Below, in pieces: positions 1 to 12,967 of a stretch of 64,000 nucleotides of DNA. Under the pieces are notes generated by a model. The model saw only the letters and a list, made by a program, of their open reading frames with translations. It searched no databases and had not been told where the DNA came from. Origin of the DNA: Amphiscolops sp. MND2022 (taxonomy: Eukaryota); NCBI GenBank assembly GCA_964187785.1, contig OZ076410.1:8866001-8930000 (forward strand). The letters are read 5' to 3'. Within the stretch, counting starts at the first letter, position 1; each line of letters opens with the position of its first letter. Made by a program: the position numbers and the translations under genes.

Positions 1-159
1 CGCCCGGCCCGGTCACATTCAGGCCCGGCCCGCCCAAGCGCGGTCAATTCTTTTGAAACTCCTAATAGACAGAAAATGAATATAATTTGGACCCTTTTTG
101 TTCACCTACCGAAAACACAGGCCCGGCCCGTTTTCAAGCCCGGCCCGGTTCCAACTCTG
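1..159. mobile_element. Right end of a probable hAT-type MITE with GC-rich subterminal repeats (left part outside window)
   Basis: GCCCGGCCC motif repeated about 5 times, ending in GGTTCCAACTCTG (reverse complement starts CAG, a hAT-like terminus). Partner end and TSD are not visible. Confidence 0.4.
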
Positions 160-399
160 TCTACGCTTATAGCCGAATGATGGTGGACCCTCACACAGCA
201 AAACGTTGGAACTTTCAAACAGAAGAAAGGAAGCGACAGGGTAGAAAGCAGTCAACACAGGGTATTACGGGATTTCAGTAGAGCTGACAAAGCTTCAACT
301 GACTAAGAAGTTTGTCAACAGGTTGATAAACAACGCATTTTGACTTTGATTCTCGCCTCGAATCCTTTCATCAAACGGTCTTGTGAGAAATCCATTGAA

Positions 400-635
400 T
401 TGTTATTTTCCGCCCACATATAATGGGGGAAGAAAATCATAATCTGTGTTGCGTTTGTTGTTTACATATTCTGCCAAATCTCTACTTTATTTCTACATTT
501 AGTAAATTCGAGTCACCATGGCGCACTTGGTAGTGCGTCTGCCAGGCAGACACAAGCTCGTGGCTTCGAACCCGTGCTGATGGGTTACACTTTTAGCGGA
601 AAATACACCGGTGCTTAGCGGGCGCCTTGTTCTCT
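400..635 (+). repeat. Dispersed repeat with tRNA-derived SINE-like head, copy 1
   Basis: A-box-like TGGCGCACTTGG (519-530) and B-box-like GGCTTCGAACCC (562-573). The body GCGGAAAATACACCGGTGCTTAGCGGGCGCCTTGTT and the upstream block GCCCACATA..TGGGGGA..AAAATCAT are shared with 46095-46380. Confidence 0.6.
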
Positions 636-714
636 ATCTATTGTTTTCAAGGAAGCTCAACAGCAAGTCATACTAAATTGAATTATTAGAAACAACAACT
701 ATGAATCTTGAGAT

Positions 715-792
715 CAGATGTTGCTCACGGTTTAACAAAAACGAGAAACTTTTCAGATGTTGCTCACGGTTTAACAAAAACGAGGAACTTTT
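715..792. repeat. 39-bp tandem duplication
   Basis: CAGATGTTGCTCACGGTTTAACAAAAACGAG(A/G)AACTTTT occurs twice with one mismatch. Confidence 0.85.
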
Positions 793-1023
793 CAACACAA
801 GATTTGAAAAAGATTTTGGAATTATCCACAGCATTGAAATGATTTCTATCGGATTCAATATTTGTAACAGCTGCTATAATTCCTGGATATTCTGTCGCAA
901 AAAAAATTGTTTTTGTTCAAAATAATACATGGAAAACGCTTGCGCACGGTAAGTAGTGGCTTCCCTAGTCAAGATTACTTGAACTTTTTACATGCTGCAT
1001 GGAAACATGTAGGTTAATTGTTT

Positions 1024-1433
1024 GGCTCTTTTCTGTTTTTCCCCCCACCACCAAAATTTTTTTGGAAAATTAGTGAAAATCGTATAACAAAAAGACGAAT
1101 ACAAACCAGAAAGTTTCAAATTTACATTGATTTTTAGTGTGACAGTCTAGGATTCAGATACAAACTTTGTTCGCAATTTTTAAAAATTGTAGTCACGCAT
1201 TTTTGATGAAGAAATCAACAGCTTCCTGTTTTGAGTCATCAATAAACACTCAATACGAACATAATTATAGTCAAAAAGCGTGAACAATGTTTTGTTAAAG
1301 CAGAGCACTATTCCAATAGACGTTAACTTCCCATTATGAAAGAAGGTTTCACTTTTAATTAGGCTAGTCTAAAGTTTTTTAAGGAAATTTACTGCCAAAA
1401 ATTTTGTTGGTGGGGGGGGAACAGAAAAGAGCC
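1024..1433. mobile_element. MITE with GG termini and 8-bp TSD (Merlin-like by inference)
   Basis: Imperfect TIR of about 37 bp (GGCTCTTTTCTGTT...CCCCCCACCACCAAAATTTT and its reverse complement at 1397-1433). Perfect TSD AATTGTTT at 1016-1023 and 1434-1441. Confidence 0.85.
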
Positions 1434-3084
1434 AATTGTTTTTTACAAAACATGGAAAATTCAAAGAGCATACATGACAACATTTTATAGGATTACAATG
1501 CACCTTCCACTATTTCAATTAAAACTGAAAACATTTCCACTTCTTCACCACCTCGATCACTGTTTTCACGCACAAGTTTCTCAAGTAAATACCTTATGTA
1601 ATCACCATTAGCCAAATAGCACGCTGAATTCACTGTCAAAGTTTTAAAATAAAAAACAACGAAGACCTCAGAATTAGAGCATTTTCTATCGTTAAATGCT
1701 TCATCTCCACAAACATTTTTCTTTTGGGGACCCCACACGCTAGAAAACGCTTTCCGTAACTGAAAACATCAGAATGTCAATTGATGAAATAAAAAGGTTT
1801 CGAATAAAGTCGCACTAAGTCCAAAACACCTTTTGGTATCGTCTAGCTTTGCAAAAATTTGATCCTGTGAGAGATTTGAACCCAAAAAGCAAAAATATGG
1901 AATGTAAAATTCTTTTTGCTGTCAAAACGCTAGATTTTTCATTGAAAGACAACACCTAAAATTGTGACAATTCAGCCACGCCATATGGCTCAAAAAGAAC
2001 AAAGACGTCAAAATTTGCTGAAAACATGATTTTTCTTGGTAGCAGCATGTCGAAATAATCACAAACGAACCCTAAAGCAAACCGGCAAAAGTGTAAAAAA
2101 ATTCCATCTCAATAAAATCAAAAGTGGAACTTGGATTTTTGGGCTTGTTGGAAAGATAAATGGCCGAAGTGAAGTCGTGCATTTTCTAAGGAAGTTACGA
2201 AAAAAATAAGTCCTCAAGAAAAGCACCGGATAGTTTAGCAATATTGAGAGCGAGCAAACTAGAAAAGCGGGAAACCTTCTCTAAAAAATCCAGGTTTCAC
2301 CTCGGAACGTCAAATTGAAATGTCATATTCAATGATAATTTCTCATTTGAAAGCAAACGTTATTTATTCTACAAAAAATGTGAAAAACGAAAATAAATCA
2401 CAGCATTGAAGCGCTCAATTTGATCCCTATTTGCTACCGAAAAAAGAAACTGCCTTCGTACTATTGCTTTTTTGTCTTTTCGAGGTATAAACGTCTAGAA
2501 GTTCAGGAATCTAAACTTCCGTTTTTTGTGAGAGATCAAAATGGCTTCAACTTTTCTGAATTTCTAGAATAGGTCTTAAATGCTAACGAATGATTTGTGT
2601 TGACAGTAAATGAACACTCATGAATATTATTAAAAGTAAACTCTACGCCTCTAACAGGCAAAAGCACACAAATTGAAGAAAAACAAAGAACAAACAATAG
2701 ACAGCAAGACCTTTTATGCAACGTTTAAGGTTTGTCGAAATACATACTGGCAAAAAGTAAGATATTTCGAATGAGTGGTTATTTTTCCTCCAAAACGTTC
2801 TCGGCCTCGGGAAGCGTACCTTTTTGCGATTATGTGCTAATGATATACTTTTTGTGCCAAGATGTTTTATTAGTTGTTTATTTAATCTTAGCCATATTGC
2901 TACGCAACATCCTCTGGGCCAAAGAAGACGGGGAAGGGTCAGAGGCCAGAACAGACCTTATTCAATTTATTTTTTCCTTTTATCGATTGCGAACCAAAAC
3001 CGACTGATATTTGCGTTTTAAAGAAACATCTGATTAAACTGCTAGAAGTTATAGTATTACAATTTACTTTAAATCAGTAAACGC

Positions 3085-3900
3085 AGGGGAGAAACTAACT
3101 GGACGAACGATACCTTGGGAGCAAGCGACGGCATGGATGCCAAAGTTGATGTTTATAACGTTGTAGTTCTCAGGGGGTTGTGGTTTCCACCATCCAAACA
3201 AATTCTCTGGTTTTCACTTGTCTGCCAGACTGTGTAAACCACTTTGCGGGACGATTCAACATCGGTATATACTCTTTCAGTCAATTGTTCTGGAGGACGC
3301 GAGAATATGCTTGAGCTCTAGCGTATCGTTTGCAGAGGTGCGGTCGGAGTTCAATTGGGACTGTAGAGATGAGCCAGCTGTTCCAACCTCGAAGTAGATG
3401 CGCGCCAAGGCATCCCATTTGCTGCATCTGCAGGAGCTAACGGGCGAGCGATTAGACTCTGCTCTACGAGACACAAAACAGTTGGCAAAAGATCATCAGC
3501 GAAGCGTCGGCTGCCGAGTATTACATGCGAGAAATTGCTCAAAACATCTCACTGGCCTTCGATTTGTTACTTTTCTTTACCATAAAGTCTGTGCTCGCTT
3601 GCTGATTCCAATGGAGAACATGCTGGTGTAGTCCTTACAGTTGCAATGAATTTAGCTTTAATGTCCGACCAGCACAGGGATATCAGCTTATCACTTTCCA
3701 TGACGCAATTGTTGATGTCAACTAATATCTCAAATTCAAATTGAGACGAATAGTCAAGCATATGAAGCTCCTCTGTGGAGAGTTTAACAGAGACATAAAA
3801 AGGACCACTGTACTTTAATTCAGTGTTCGTGAATGGTCGCGATGCAAAGGTAAGATGTTCTCTTGTCAAGTTTGCGAAAATGGGTCATGATTTCCGCATT
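3085..3900 (-). pseudogene. Decayed BEL/Pao integrase and C-terminal fragment
   Basis: Minus-strand peptides REHLTFASRPFTNTELKYSGPFYVSVKLSTEE, LPTVLCLVEQSLIARPL and LKEYIPMLNRPAKWFTQSGRQVKTREFVWMVE align by eye to the pol of the 49833-59184 element ([81 protein letters not shown]). Many stops and frameshifts. Confidence 0.85.
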
Positions 3901-6331
3901 GCATTTGGGATTATGAACTTATTTTCTCACAAACTAGCTCCCAGGTAATTCGCATCTAATCAGCTCAGCCACTAATTTCTGCATCTTTTCTAATTACTGT
4001 ATGATTTTCGATATAGCGCCCGCTCCGATGAAAGCTAATTGTTTTGCCAGTTGTTGATGTCGGTTGTTTAGTTTAGTCGATATTGCCACAATCTAGTCCG
4101 TTTCGAACTTTCGCATTGTTCCTAAGTAAACTATAACATTTTCGTTCACATTTAAATATAAATGATTTAAAAAGTTGTATTTTGGCAAAATTGACTTTTT
4201 GTCGACTTTAGATCTTGACCATTTAAAAATGTTGTAAATACTCAATCCTTTTGTACATGAACTAGTTTTCAGATCTGCAGTGGCGTTTTTAGTTGAGAAT
4301 ATTCCATTACTGTTTCTTTTCACCTCTTTCTCAGCTCATCAGTGATCTCTTCCCCAAGAAACCTAAAAACGGGAAAACAACTTTAATTCACGAACAACTG
4401 AAGAACGAAACAATATTATGTTTAACATTGATAGTTCAGATAATATCGAGAACCAGCAAGGACGAGAAAAGTCTCCCTTTCATCTATCAGCCATCAAACC
4501 CAATGTGAGAATGAGGAGAGGTTTGATCGGTTACAAAGTGACATTTCTACTCTCAAATCCTTGATGGAAAAGTTAAAAGTTGATCGAGCACAAAAGCTAT
4601 TCGGTTTGCCAAGACTATGCAAAACTTTGCACCCAAGACCCATTTTGAACACTCCCTGCGAATCTGTACAGATCTGAACAGATCCTTGCAGATATTCCGA
4701 GATTTGTTAAAAATTAACAATACGAAAATGATCAATAAATTACTATAACGTATTCCAAGTTTCCAGCAATTACTAAAACTACTCCAGCAAACCATGTTCC
4801 CAAAATCATACAACCACAGCACTTTATCAATACCTCTATCAACCCAGAAGGTTACCACATGTCAAGTTTCATCCGTCAAAACGAAGTCAATAAGGCAAAC
4901 GAGTTTCCAAAGTTGAAAAACCACTTCTGGAAAGTTCAAGTGAAAAGGATAAATTACCGTGTATAACCAACACCGAACATTCCCCAGATGCCAAAATTAC
5001 CGTGATGGGGACACGATTTCGTGAATCAAGAATTTTTGGTGATGGAGAGTTTCAACTGACTGAGCCTTGGTCAGCAAAAATATTTATTGAAGGAGCCCAA
5101 AAATGAAGTGCATAGTTTCACTAGAAGGTCTGGAAACAATTTTTCTGAAAAATCTGTACAGAAAATCTTTGAACATCTGTAAAGATCCTTGCAGATCTGC
5201 AGTTGTCCTTACGTAGCAGCGGCACGATCTTTACAGATCCTCAAGGAAAATTGGCTCACAGATCTTTACAGATTCTCAAGGAAAGCTCAACATGGGGACA
5301 TCTTCCCATCGCGTGCAGGCGTCTGACAACAATTACATTGCTTCTCTCAAAGCGGAGAATCGAAGTTCTTTCTCCGAGATTTAGAATTTACGAATGCCTG
5401 TCTACTACTGTACGATGTGGTTTCACAAAACATAACATTACCAAAACCAATTTTCTGAAACAGTGTTTTCTTGAAAAGTGATTAATGATCGCTCCTGCGT
5501 TCAAGTGCTTGAACGTAAAAAGTGAAACAAACTGCTAGTCTGCTTGTCCTATAGGATGGATTATTTTCAATATCAAAAAAATTGTATTTAAAAATCATAA
5601 TCTAAAAAAAAGTAATTTTTTGATACCGTTTTTTCCACGCTAAAAACAATCCATGTTTCGATTATCTACCTCCGGTTTGATTTAACATTCGGCCTAATCA
5701 AAACTTGACGATTATGTTTACGAAGTACGAAACGTGAAACAATATCATTACATACTAAATGACATAACAAATAACAAAAACGAAATAAGTCCCATTTACC
5801 ATAAAAATTAAAATAGTTTCATATAACATAAAATAAAACCGAATACCCGGTTGAACAATCAATCTCACGAAATTTGATCTGTAAGTTTCACACTTTTTCC
5901 AGTGAATCTTTTGAATTGTGAATGCTTTTGGCCACTAAACTTTCTTGTATTTGTATGTACAGTGAAACTCATTTCATTTTTATGTTATTTGGGACTAATT
6001 TAGTTTTTGTTATTTGCTCTTATGTTATTTGGGAATCCACCAAACAATATGGGAACTAACTCTGAAAGGATGCGCGAACTTTCCTGTTTGTACCAAAAAG
6101 TAAAAGAAACAAACAGCAGCCACCAGAATAAATCGAAGATGTTTTTTCAAAGTTTTCTCAACCGTAAGCACTTGAAGAAATAAATCATTATCGTAACCAG
6201 TTTTCTCTGAATGGCTGCATTCAGACCAAATATGATGACGTCATTTTGGAGTTGTACAGCCATCATCAGCCTAGTATAATGCTCTACACGAGATGTTATA
6301 CAGATTTCAAACGAGTTGGGGAAGGAGGTGC

Positions 6332-6684
6332 TAGGGCCAGCTAAAATCGCGAGCGTGAAAAAGCGTGATTTTCTAGCCAATTAGAGTGCTGCGTGATATG
6401 GCGTGATTTTAAAGTTGAACTAGAAATCGGCGGAATATGATAGTTTTGAATAACTATTCTAGTTTTCAAATATTGGCACTTCAGACCGCCAAAGTTTGGA
6501 CCCAGAAATTATCAAACAACTGCCGTGTTTTGTGCAGAGTTGTGTATAAACTCTGCGAAATTGAATTGAAGTCAGCAATTGCTCCGATTTTTTGTCCGTG
6601 AATTTAAGGTGATTTTCAATTCAAAATAGCGTGAAAAGTGCATGATTTTTGGGCATGTTCGCGCGTGATTTTATGCTGGCCCTA
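6332..6684. mobile_element. hAT-type MITE (353 bp)
   Basis: TIR TAGGGCCAGC(A)TAAAATC(G/A)CG at both ends. Flanks GGAGGTGC and GATGGTGC match at 6 of 8 positions (decayed 8-bp TSD). GCGTGA subterminal repeats. Confidence 0.75.
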
Positions 6685-7199
6685 GATGGTGCTTCCAACG
6701 GAAGGCATGAAATGTTTGCTTTTGATGAGGCTCAGGGCTACCCCCACGCTGTCAATCACCCTGAATTCTCCAGACCGGGAGAAAAGTACAAGAACAAAGC
6801 TGTTTTCAAACTTTACTCGTGTCAAAGCAGAAGAGGATACAAATGCAACACGAATTATCGGAACTCGGCTCCAAGATAACTATGAAACTCCTGTATTTGA
6901 CCTAAAAATACTCGACCGGAAAGTTCTTCTTTAAACAAAGGTAGAAATCTACCAATTAGGACGCCGTGACAGTAAAAATATTCTCGACGTTTGGAAAATG
7001 TTTGGAAAACGTTAGGAAATTCAATGACAACCAGAGCCGCATGTGCGTTTAAGGAGTAGGCTTAGGTCTTTTTCCTTTTGACTCACTCGAATACCAGTCA
7101 TACGATGCTGATGAAATTGCACATTTTAAGCCCTTATATGGTGTAGAAAGACTCCATAAAAGTTCTTTCGAACCGTGAAGCGTATTTGAGAAAATCGAA

Positions 7200-7257
7200 A
7201 AATGTCCAAAAATGTATGTTTTTTGGCCAAATGTCCAAAAATGTATGTTTTTTGGCC
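7200..7257. repeat. 29-bp tandem duplication
   Basis: AAATGTCCAAAAATGTATGTTTTTTGGCC occurs twice. Confidence 0.85.
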
Positions 7258-9030
7258 ATTTTTGGGCTAGTTTTGGCTATGTTTCTCACATCCCAGTCAT
7301 ACGATTCTGATGCCATTGCGCACGCAGGAGCACCTTTGGGTGTAGAATGACTGTGAAAAAATTTGTGGAAATCATATCGACTGTTTTTGCGAAATTTGAA
7401 ATTTTCATTGAATGATGGGGAGAAAAAAATGATTGCATAACCCGGGTTTCCCGACCAGGCCGATCATAATCTGACCATATCATGGCACCATAAAATCATA
7501 CAAATTTCCTTACTATGATCGTGCCATGATCAGCCTGGAATCACAGATTGTCCAGAGTATGGACAGAGTATGGACAGCCTGAAACCATAAAAGTTCCAGA
7601 GTATGGACAACCTGAAATCATAAAAACCTAAAAGTTCAATTATAATCAGATAAATGTCGGACATGGCAACCACTTGTGCACAAAGTGCACAGAAATTTGT
7701 TGCCGAGGTCCTTATGCTGTATTTTTAGGGAGGCGCTCAGCTCGTAAGATACATAGTATCGCACTCGACAAGACCCACGACAAGAACGTGGCCTCCTTCG
7801 GGTCTCACAAAAAGTAAAGCACAATAAGCTCCAGGGGTTTGGTACTGCAGTGAAATCTTAAATCGAATTTAGAGGATTTTACCAGTATCATGGTAGTTGA
7901 TGCAATTGAATGACTCTAAAACCTGTTTTATCATGGCCGAAAAACTCTTTCAAAATCCCAGGTCATAAAGTCAAAAATTGACAACGACAGAATTGAAAAA
8001 TGAAAATGTTATTTTACACTGCAGTGAAATTTTTTATCAAACTTGGTGAAATTAACCGGTATGAAGGTAGTTGACGCAATTGAATGACTCTAAAACGTGT
8101 TTTCTTATCATAATTTTCTCATGAAACTAAATTAGGTGGGATAAGGCAGGGAAACCCGGGTAGTCGAAAAATTTTTTCCGATTCCTAAAAATTATCTCAG
8201 CGATCCAACTGCAAATACCACCCATTTTTGACCTATAGAGCTTGACTGGCTAATCGGTTTCTCAGTTAATCGGATAAAAACTATTTACAGGTTAAAGAGT
8301 CTTTAGTTGATTAATCGGAAACTCACGGATTAATCAGCTAATGGGATTAATTGCATTAATCACATTTTTCAAGTAACCGTGTGCGACGATAAGCTGCGAC
8401 TGCATTTCATATATTGCCTCATGTGGTGTTTCTCACAAGTCCGAAAATTAATTTTAACTACCACGAGTGCGAAAATTATTCTTGCACAAACAAAAAAATT
8501 CATATAAGAAGCCAAGCTAAATTGTTAGACAAAACAAACAATACCCAGCGTCCAAAATTTCAGCCTGATTTACTATATGAATGTGCATTTTGATAGAGAT
8601 TAACTTTCGGAAAGGCAGTCATTTTACCAAATATTTAGATAAAATCGATTTACATATTCGTTCTTTTGACGCGCAGAACAGTTAATCTTAATTGAAGGCC
8701 TGGATGAAGTTGCAACATGACAGTAAAATACAAATAAAACTGCTCAACAATCTTTCGGAGTCGTGAGAATTAAAATTTATTTTCAGACTCGTTGATAGCA
8801 ACCGCTCACGAGGCACTTCAATGTTGTCACTACTGCAAACAATTTCGTCGTCAACTTGAATGAAATTTTTTCTCAACTTAAATGTCCAAACTTTGTTAGA
8901 ATTTTCTGATGATGTTTTTGGTTAATTGTTTATTTTGGTCGTTTTGTTTCGGATAACCAGTTACGACTATTGTATTCTGCGGGTTCCCCTGCCATAAAGA
9001 AACAGGTTGATCATACTCTGTCATGATAAA

Positions 9031-9103
9031 AAAAAGGTTGATTCCAGGCTGATCATACACTGGACCCGGTCCAGTGTATGATCAGCCTGGAATCAACCTT
9101 TTT
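9031..9103. repeat. Perfect palindrome, 36-bp arms, 1-nt centre
   Basis: AAAAAGGTTGATTCCAGGCTGATCATACACTGGACC-C-GGTCCAGTGTATGATCAGCCTGGAATCAACCTTTTT. Confidence 0.95.
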
Positions 9104-9118
9104 GATAATAATCAACCA

Positions 9119-9317
9119 ATTGATCATAATATGGGCCATATATGGAAACAGGGTAATCACATACTGAACCATATATGGTCCAGAGTATGTCCAGCATAGA
9201 ACCATAAACCTTTATGGGCCATAAAGGTTTATGGTTCCATGCTGAACATACTCTGGACCATATATGGTTCAGTATGTGATTACCCTGTTTCCATATATGG
9301 CCCATATTATGATCAAT
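9119..9317. repeat. Near-perfect palindrome, 99-bp arms, 1-nt centre (9218)
   Basis: ATTGATCATAATATGGGCC...CCTTTATGG-G-CCATAAAGG...GGCCCATATTATGATCAAT; two mismatches found by eye. Confidence 0.9.
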
Positions 9318-10875
9318 GAACTAAACAGACTCACCAGATACTGAACCATGTATGATTCGCCTGGATCCATAAATAGAAAACTAGCATAGCGTAGTCAATT
9401 AACGCATACACTGATAAATTCACAAAATTTCTCAATCAAAGTGCCAATACAATCACAAAACTGAAAACAAGGTCGCAATCATCAATTTTTGGGAGCTTTT
9501 GGTGAATTGTGGGTAATTGTTCTCGAAAGAATCGGAAATCACACTGACAAGTAGGTACTGCTGTAAGAAAAAAGTTTATGATCAACTAAGGAGTAGCTGA
9601 AAACAAATTGTGTGTGGATAAAATTTGTCGTTAACTCCGCGGAGTTGAGACCTGCAATGTATTGTTTGGAGGTACAAAAGGTCGAACGAGGTTCTATTGC
9701 TGGTTCTGCATTCAGCCTATAAAGCTGGCGGCTTTCATTCTGAATTTTTTTCTCTAAATTGTATGTCACGGGCAACAAAATTTATGATTTCAGTTTGATC
9801 ATAGTCCGGGCCATTTGTGATTCCAGACTGGACTATAGACGTTTATGGTTTCAGGAGAACCATAAACTGAATCATATATAGGATTCTAGATTGATCATGG
9901 TTAGATCATAGAAAAAATGTCTATGATTTGTATTGTGCCATATATGATCAGAGTATGATCAACTTTGTGGGAAAACCCGGGCTCGATAAAAGCTCTACTC
10001 ACGAATAAGTCTCAGGAATTTAACAAAATCTTGAAAATGGAACCCGCTAAATCTCAAAGTTCGTTTTTCCATTTTACATTAGATTCTACATTGTATCGCC
10101 CAATGTAACAAAACTACAAGAAGCAAACTGTTTTTTCGTGGGCTGGTAAAATTGTAAACCTCATTTCAAAGTTAATCGATCCGTACAAAGGATACTTTGT
10201 ACATATTTCAGTCACAGTTTCAAAGTTCCAATTTCTCTAAATTGATCTTGGTCAACTTAGACCTATGACAGTTAAGTGAAGTTCACTCTGATAATTGAAC
10301 TTCAAACTTAAGTTCAATCAATATCTCATGTCTTGGGTTGATAACAAGGCTCCATATGCAAAGTCAAACTGCTTGCAAATTTTGGCCCTAACATCACGGG
10401 GTCCCAAGTGTGACGCAATTAATGACCCCCCAAAAATGGTCATGATGAGTTTAGTTCCAGCAAACACTCTTATTAACCTGTTTGTTATCAATCCAAAAGT
10501 GAACAAATTTGAAGTTTTGCCCATGTGATTGCAAAATTGAAGTCGGGTTGCGTTCCAAAGTCATTCTGAAACCATCACATCTGGCTCTAGTTTCAAATCA
10601 GAGCCAGTCAGGAAATTCTTCATTCCTCTAAGTCCCGAGCTTTGAGCATACTTTATAAACACATGCAGCTTTTACTGGATGTTCTAAATAATCAGAATTT
10701 AGCTTCTCAACTTTGTTACTAAATATATTCTCAAAATCGTTATTGATTGCAACTTTGATAAGTATCATTTTTGTATTTCTCACTTCGAACATATAACCCG
10801 AACAGACAGCACCTTGACTCGAACCTATCGTTGACAATCTAAATGTTATTTCCGTAGGTTTATTCTCTAATTTTA

Positions 10876-11521
10876 TTGATGGACCTTGCATATTACGATC
10901 GAGGAGAAAAAATATTGGCATCTACCGGAATCGGCAACCTTATTGGCACATTGGTAAATATCAACGGGAAGTATGTAGCCCGTTTTTTGGGAATCCCTTA
11001 TGCAAAGCAACCTACTGGTGACCGCAGATTCAAGCCCTTGGAACCTCTGGATTGTTTTGTGGCAACAGAATCCAAACCTTATGACGCAACGAAACCTGGA
11101 AATGCAGCTATCCAAAGAACTGACTTGGCCCAATCCACACTGTTTAAAACCAGCGAAGAATGTATTTTCCTGAACATATTCATTCCACTGGACTGTAAAA
11201 ATCCTGGCAGTCAAATAAAATTAGGTCATACTGAAGGAATCGAACCCAAGCCGGTGTTGTTTCACCTCCACGGAGGTGCCTTCATCCTTGGCAGCGGAAG
11301 CGCGGCACAATATGACCTGAGTAATTTTGCAGCTCTGCATAATTCAATAGGCGTTAGTATCAATTATCGCCTGAACGTCTTCGGGTTTCTGAGTTTCCCA
11401 CCTGCTATTGAGGAAAATTTGGGTTTGCGTGATCAACAAATTGCTCTCAAGTGGGTGCATGAGAATATTGGGAGTTTTGGGGGTGACCCCAGCCGAGTTA
11501 CGCTGTACGGCTGTTCGGCAG
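10876..11521 (+). CDS. Type-B carboxylesterase (alpha/beta hydrolase), exon 1
   Basis: FLGIPYAKQP, SEECIFLNIF, oxyanion-hole HGGAF, NYRLNVFGFL, NLGLRDQQIALKWV, FGGDPSRVTLYGCSAG (nucleophile Ser). Donor G|GTCAGT at 11522. An additional 5' exon cannot be excluded. Confidence 0.92.
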
Positions 11522-11972
11522 GTCAGTAGTCTAGAGTCAGATTTTATAGATTTCAGGTCAATTTATTCGTGTCTTTAGAAAACTGAATTTCCTTTCCGTG
11601 AAGTCTGACGTCTTTTAAACATAGATTCGATTCGAGACCTCCGGTTTCCATTTTCAGTCAACGTAGATACTCGGTTGCGCTGCAGGTTAAAATTTAGAAT
11701 GTTCCAATTAAAGTTTTTAGGAAACAAATTAATTGCTTACTGCGCTATGTTGTAACATCAGTGAAAACAATATTAGCATCAGCAATATGCACTAATTGAA
11801 CGTAACTTTGTAACTGATTAACTAAAGAAGCAATGGTTTGAGTTTGTTTGTCAACTTTCTGTTGTAGTTAATAACCTATAATGATGTGACAGATACTTTG
11901 ATGCACTGCTCTTGTTGAGTTATGCGCCCATGTTTTGAAAGTATTGCTTTTTTAACTCAATGGGGTTTTGAT

Positions 11973-12394
11973 CAGTGAATTAGGTCGCTTGTAGCGAAAG
12001 CGCAAAAAAAGCGAAAGCGACGTAATATCCAGATAAGCGCCGACAGCGAAAGCGACGACTGAATTTTGCGCTTATCTAATTGGTCAGAGATTATAGCTAT
12101 TTTGGTTACAAAAAGTGCCCAACTCTAACATTGGCAAGTTTTTTGTACTGAGAATTTCACCCGACACTGGCACAATAGAAAAATTTGTCTCTGGTGTTGG
12201 TAGTTTGTTGAGATAAGGAAGTAATCGATCGAAATTTTCAAAAGTTCGTAACGTTTTTCAAAAAATTGCAGCTTTTGAGAACCAAAATTCGCTGAGCCAG
12301 CGTTTTCTTCCAAAAAGCGCCGCTTAATTGTAAACGTGCCAGTCATAAACGCAACAAGCGATAAGCGCGTTTTTTGGGAAAACCTAATTCACTG
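11973..12394. mobile_element. hAT-type MITE (422 bp) in carboxylesterase intron 1
   Basis: TIR CAGTGAATTAGGT / ACCTAATTCACTG. Perfect TSD GTTTTGAT at 11965-11972 and 12395-12402. AGCGA subterminal repeats. Confidence 0.92.
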
Positions 12395-12791
12395 GTTTTG
12401 ATCATGTTTGTAATGAGTGCTTGAGCTCTTGTCTTCCAGGGTGAATAATTTTCCTGGGTTATCTATCAACGCAAAACGTAATATTCCTGATATTTTTTGA
12501 AAGGATGGTGGTATAGTTCCGCTCTTGATCTAGGAGAACAAAGTTGGAATGAATCCTTGTCATTTACACTCCTCAAATTTATGGCCTTATTTTCGTTGTA
12601 TTTGATGAAATAATAAGGTTTTTTTAGTCGGCCCTTCTTCCCTTGAGGAAAAAAGCCCGACTATTACGGTGGGTAGTTTTTTTTTCAGCTGACAATCTCA
12701 CTCTATGTGGCCCACTTTTCTTACAATTTTCATCTTGCATACAATCTTGCAACGTATTTTACAGCATCTAAGAAACTCAACGAGACCAAAA

Positions 12792-12967
12792 AAACTCGGA
12801 TATAACGTTTTCAAAGTTCGGATATAACGTTTTCAAAGTTCGGATATAACGTATTCAAAGTTCGGATATAACGCTTTCAAAGATCGGATATAACGTTTTC
12901 AAAGTTCGGATATAACGTATTCAAAGTTCGCATGTAACGTTTTCAAAGTTCGGATATAACGTTTTCA
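12792..12967. repeat. 22-bp minisatellite, 8 copies
   Basis: Consensus CAAAGTTCGGATATAACGTTTT, head-to-tail with no spacers. Degenerate monomers also occur near 13520 and 13600. Confidence 0.92.

Larger units (their letters stand above)
7441..9981. mobile_element. Foldback-like element with long imperfect inverted ends and internal palindromes
   Basis: 7441-7625 aligns to the reverse complement of about 9781-9981 (both start CCCGGGTTT(T)CCC; shared GATCATA, CTATGATC, GGAATC and CTGAAACCATAAA modules). An additional terminus GGGAAACCCGGG lies at 8149-8160. No convincing TSD. Confidence 0.6.

Noticed and set aside
10318-10560. Minus-strand hydrophobic ORF (RLIRVFAGTKLIMTIFGGSLIASHL) vaguely like an ionotropic-receptor TM segment
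   Set aside because: Short, bounded by stops, and no supporting domains or splice structure were found.
12792-12967. 22-bp repeat array as a CRISPR
   Set aside because: Units are contiguous with no unique spacers, there are no cas genes, and the context is a eukaryotic intron.
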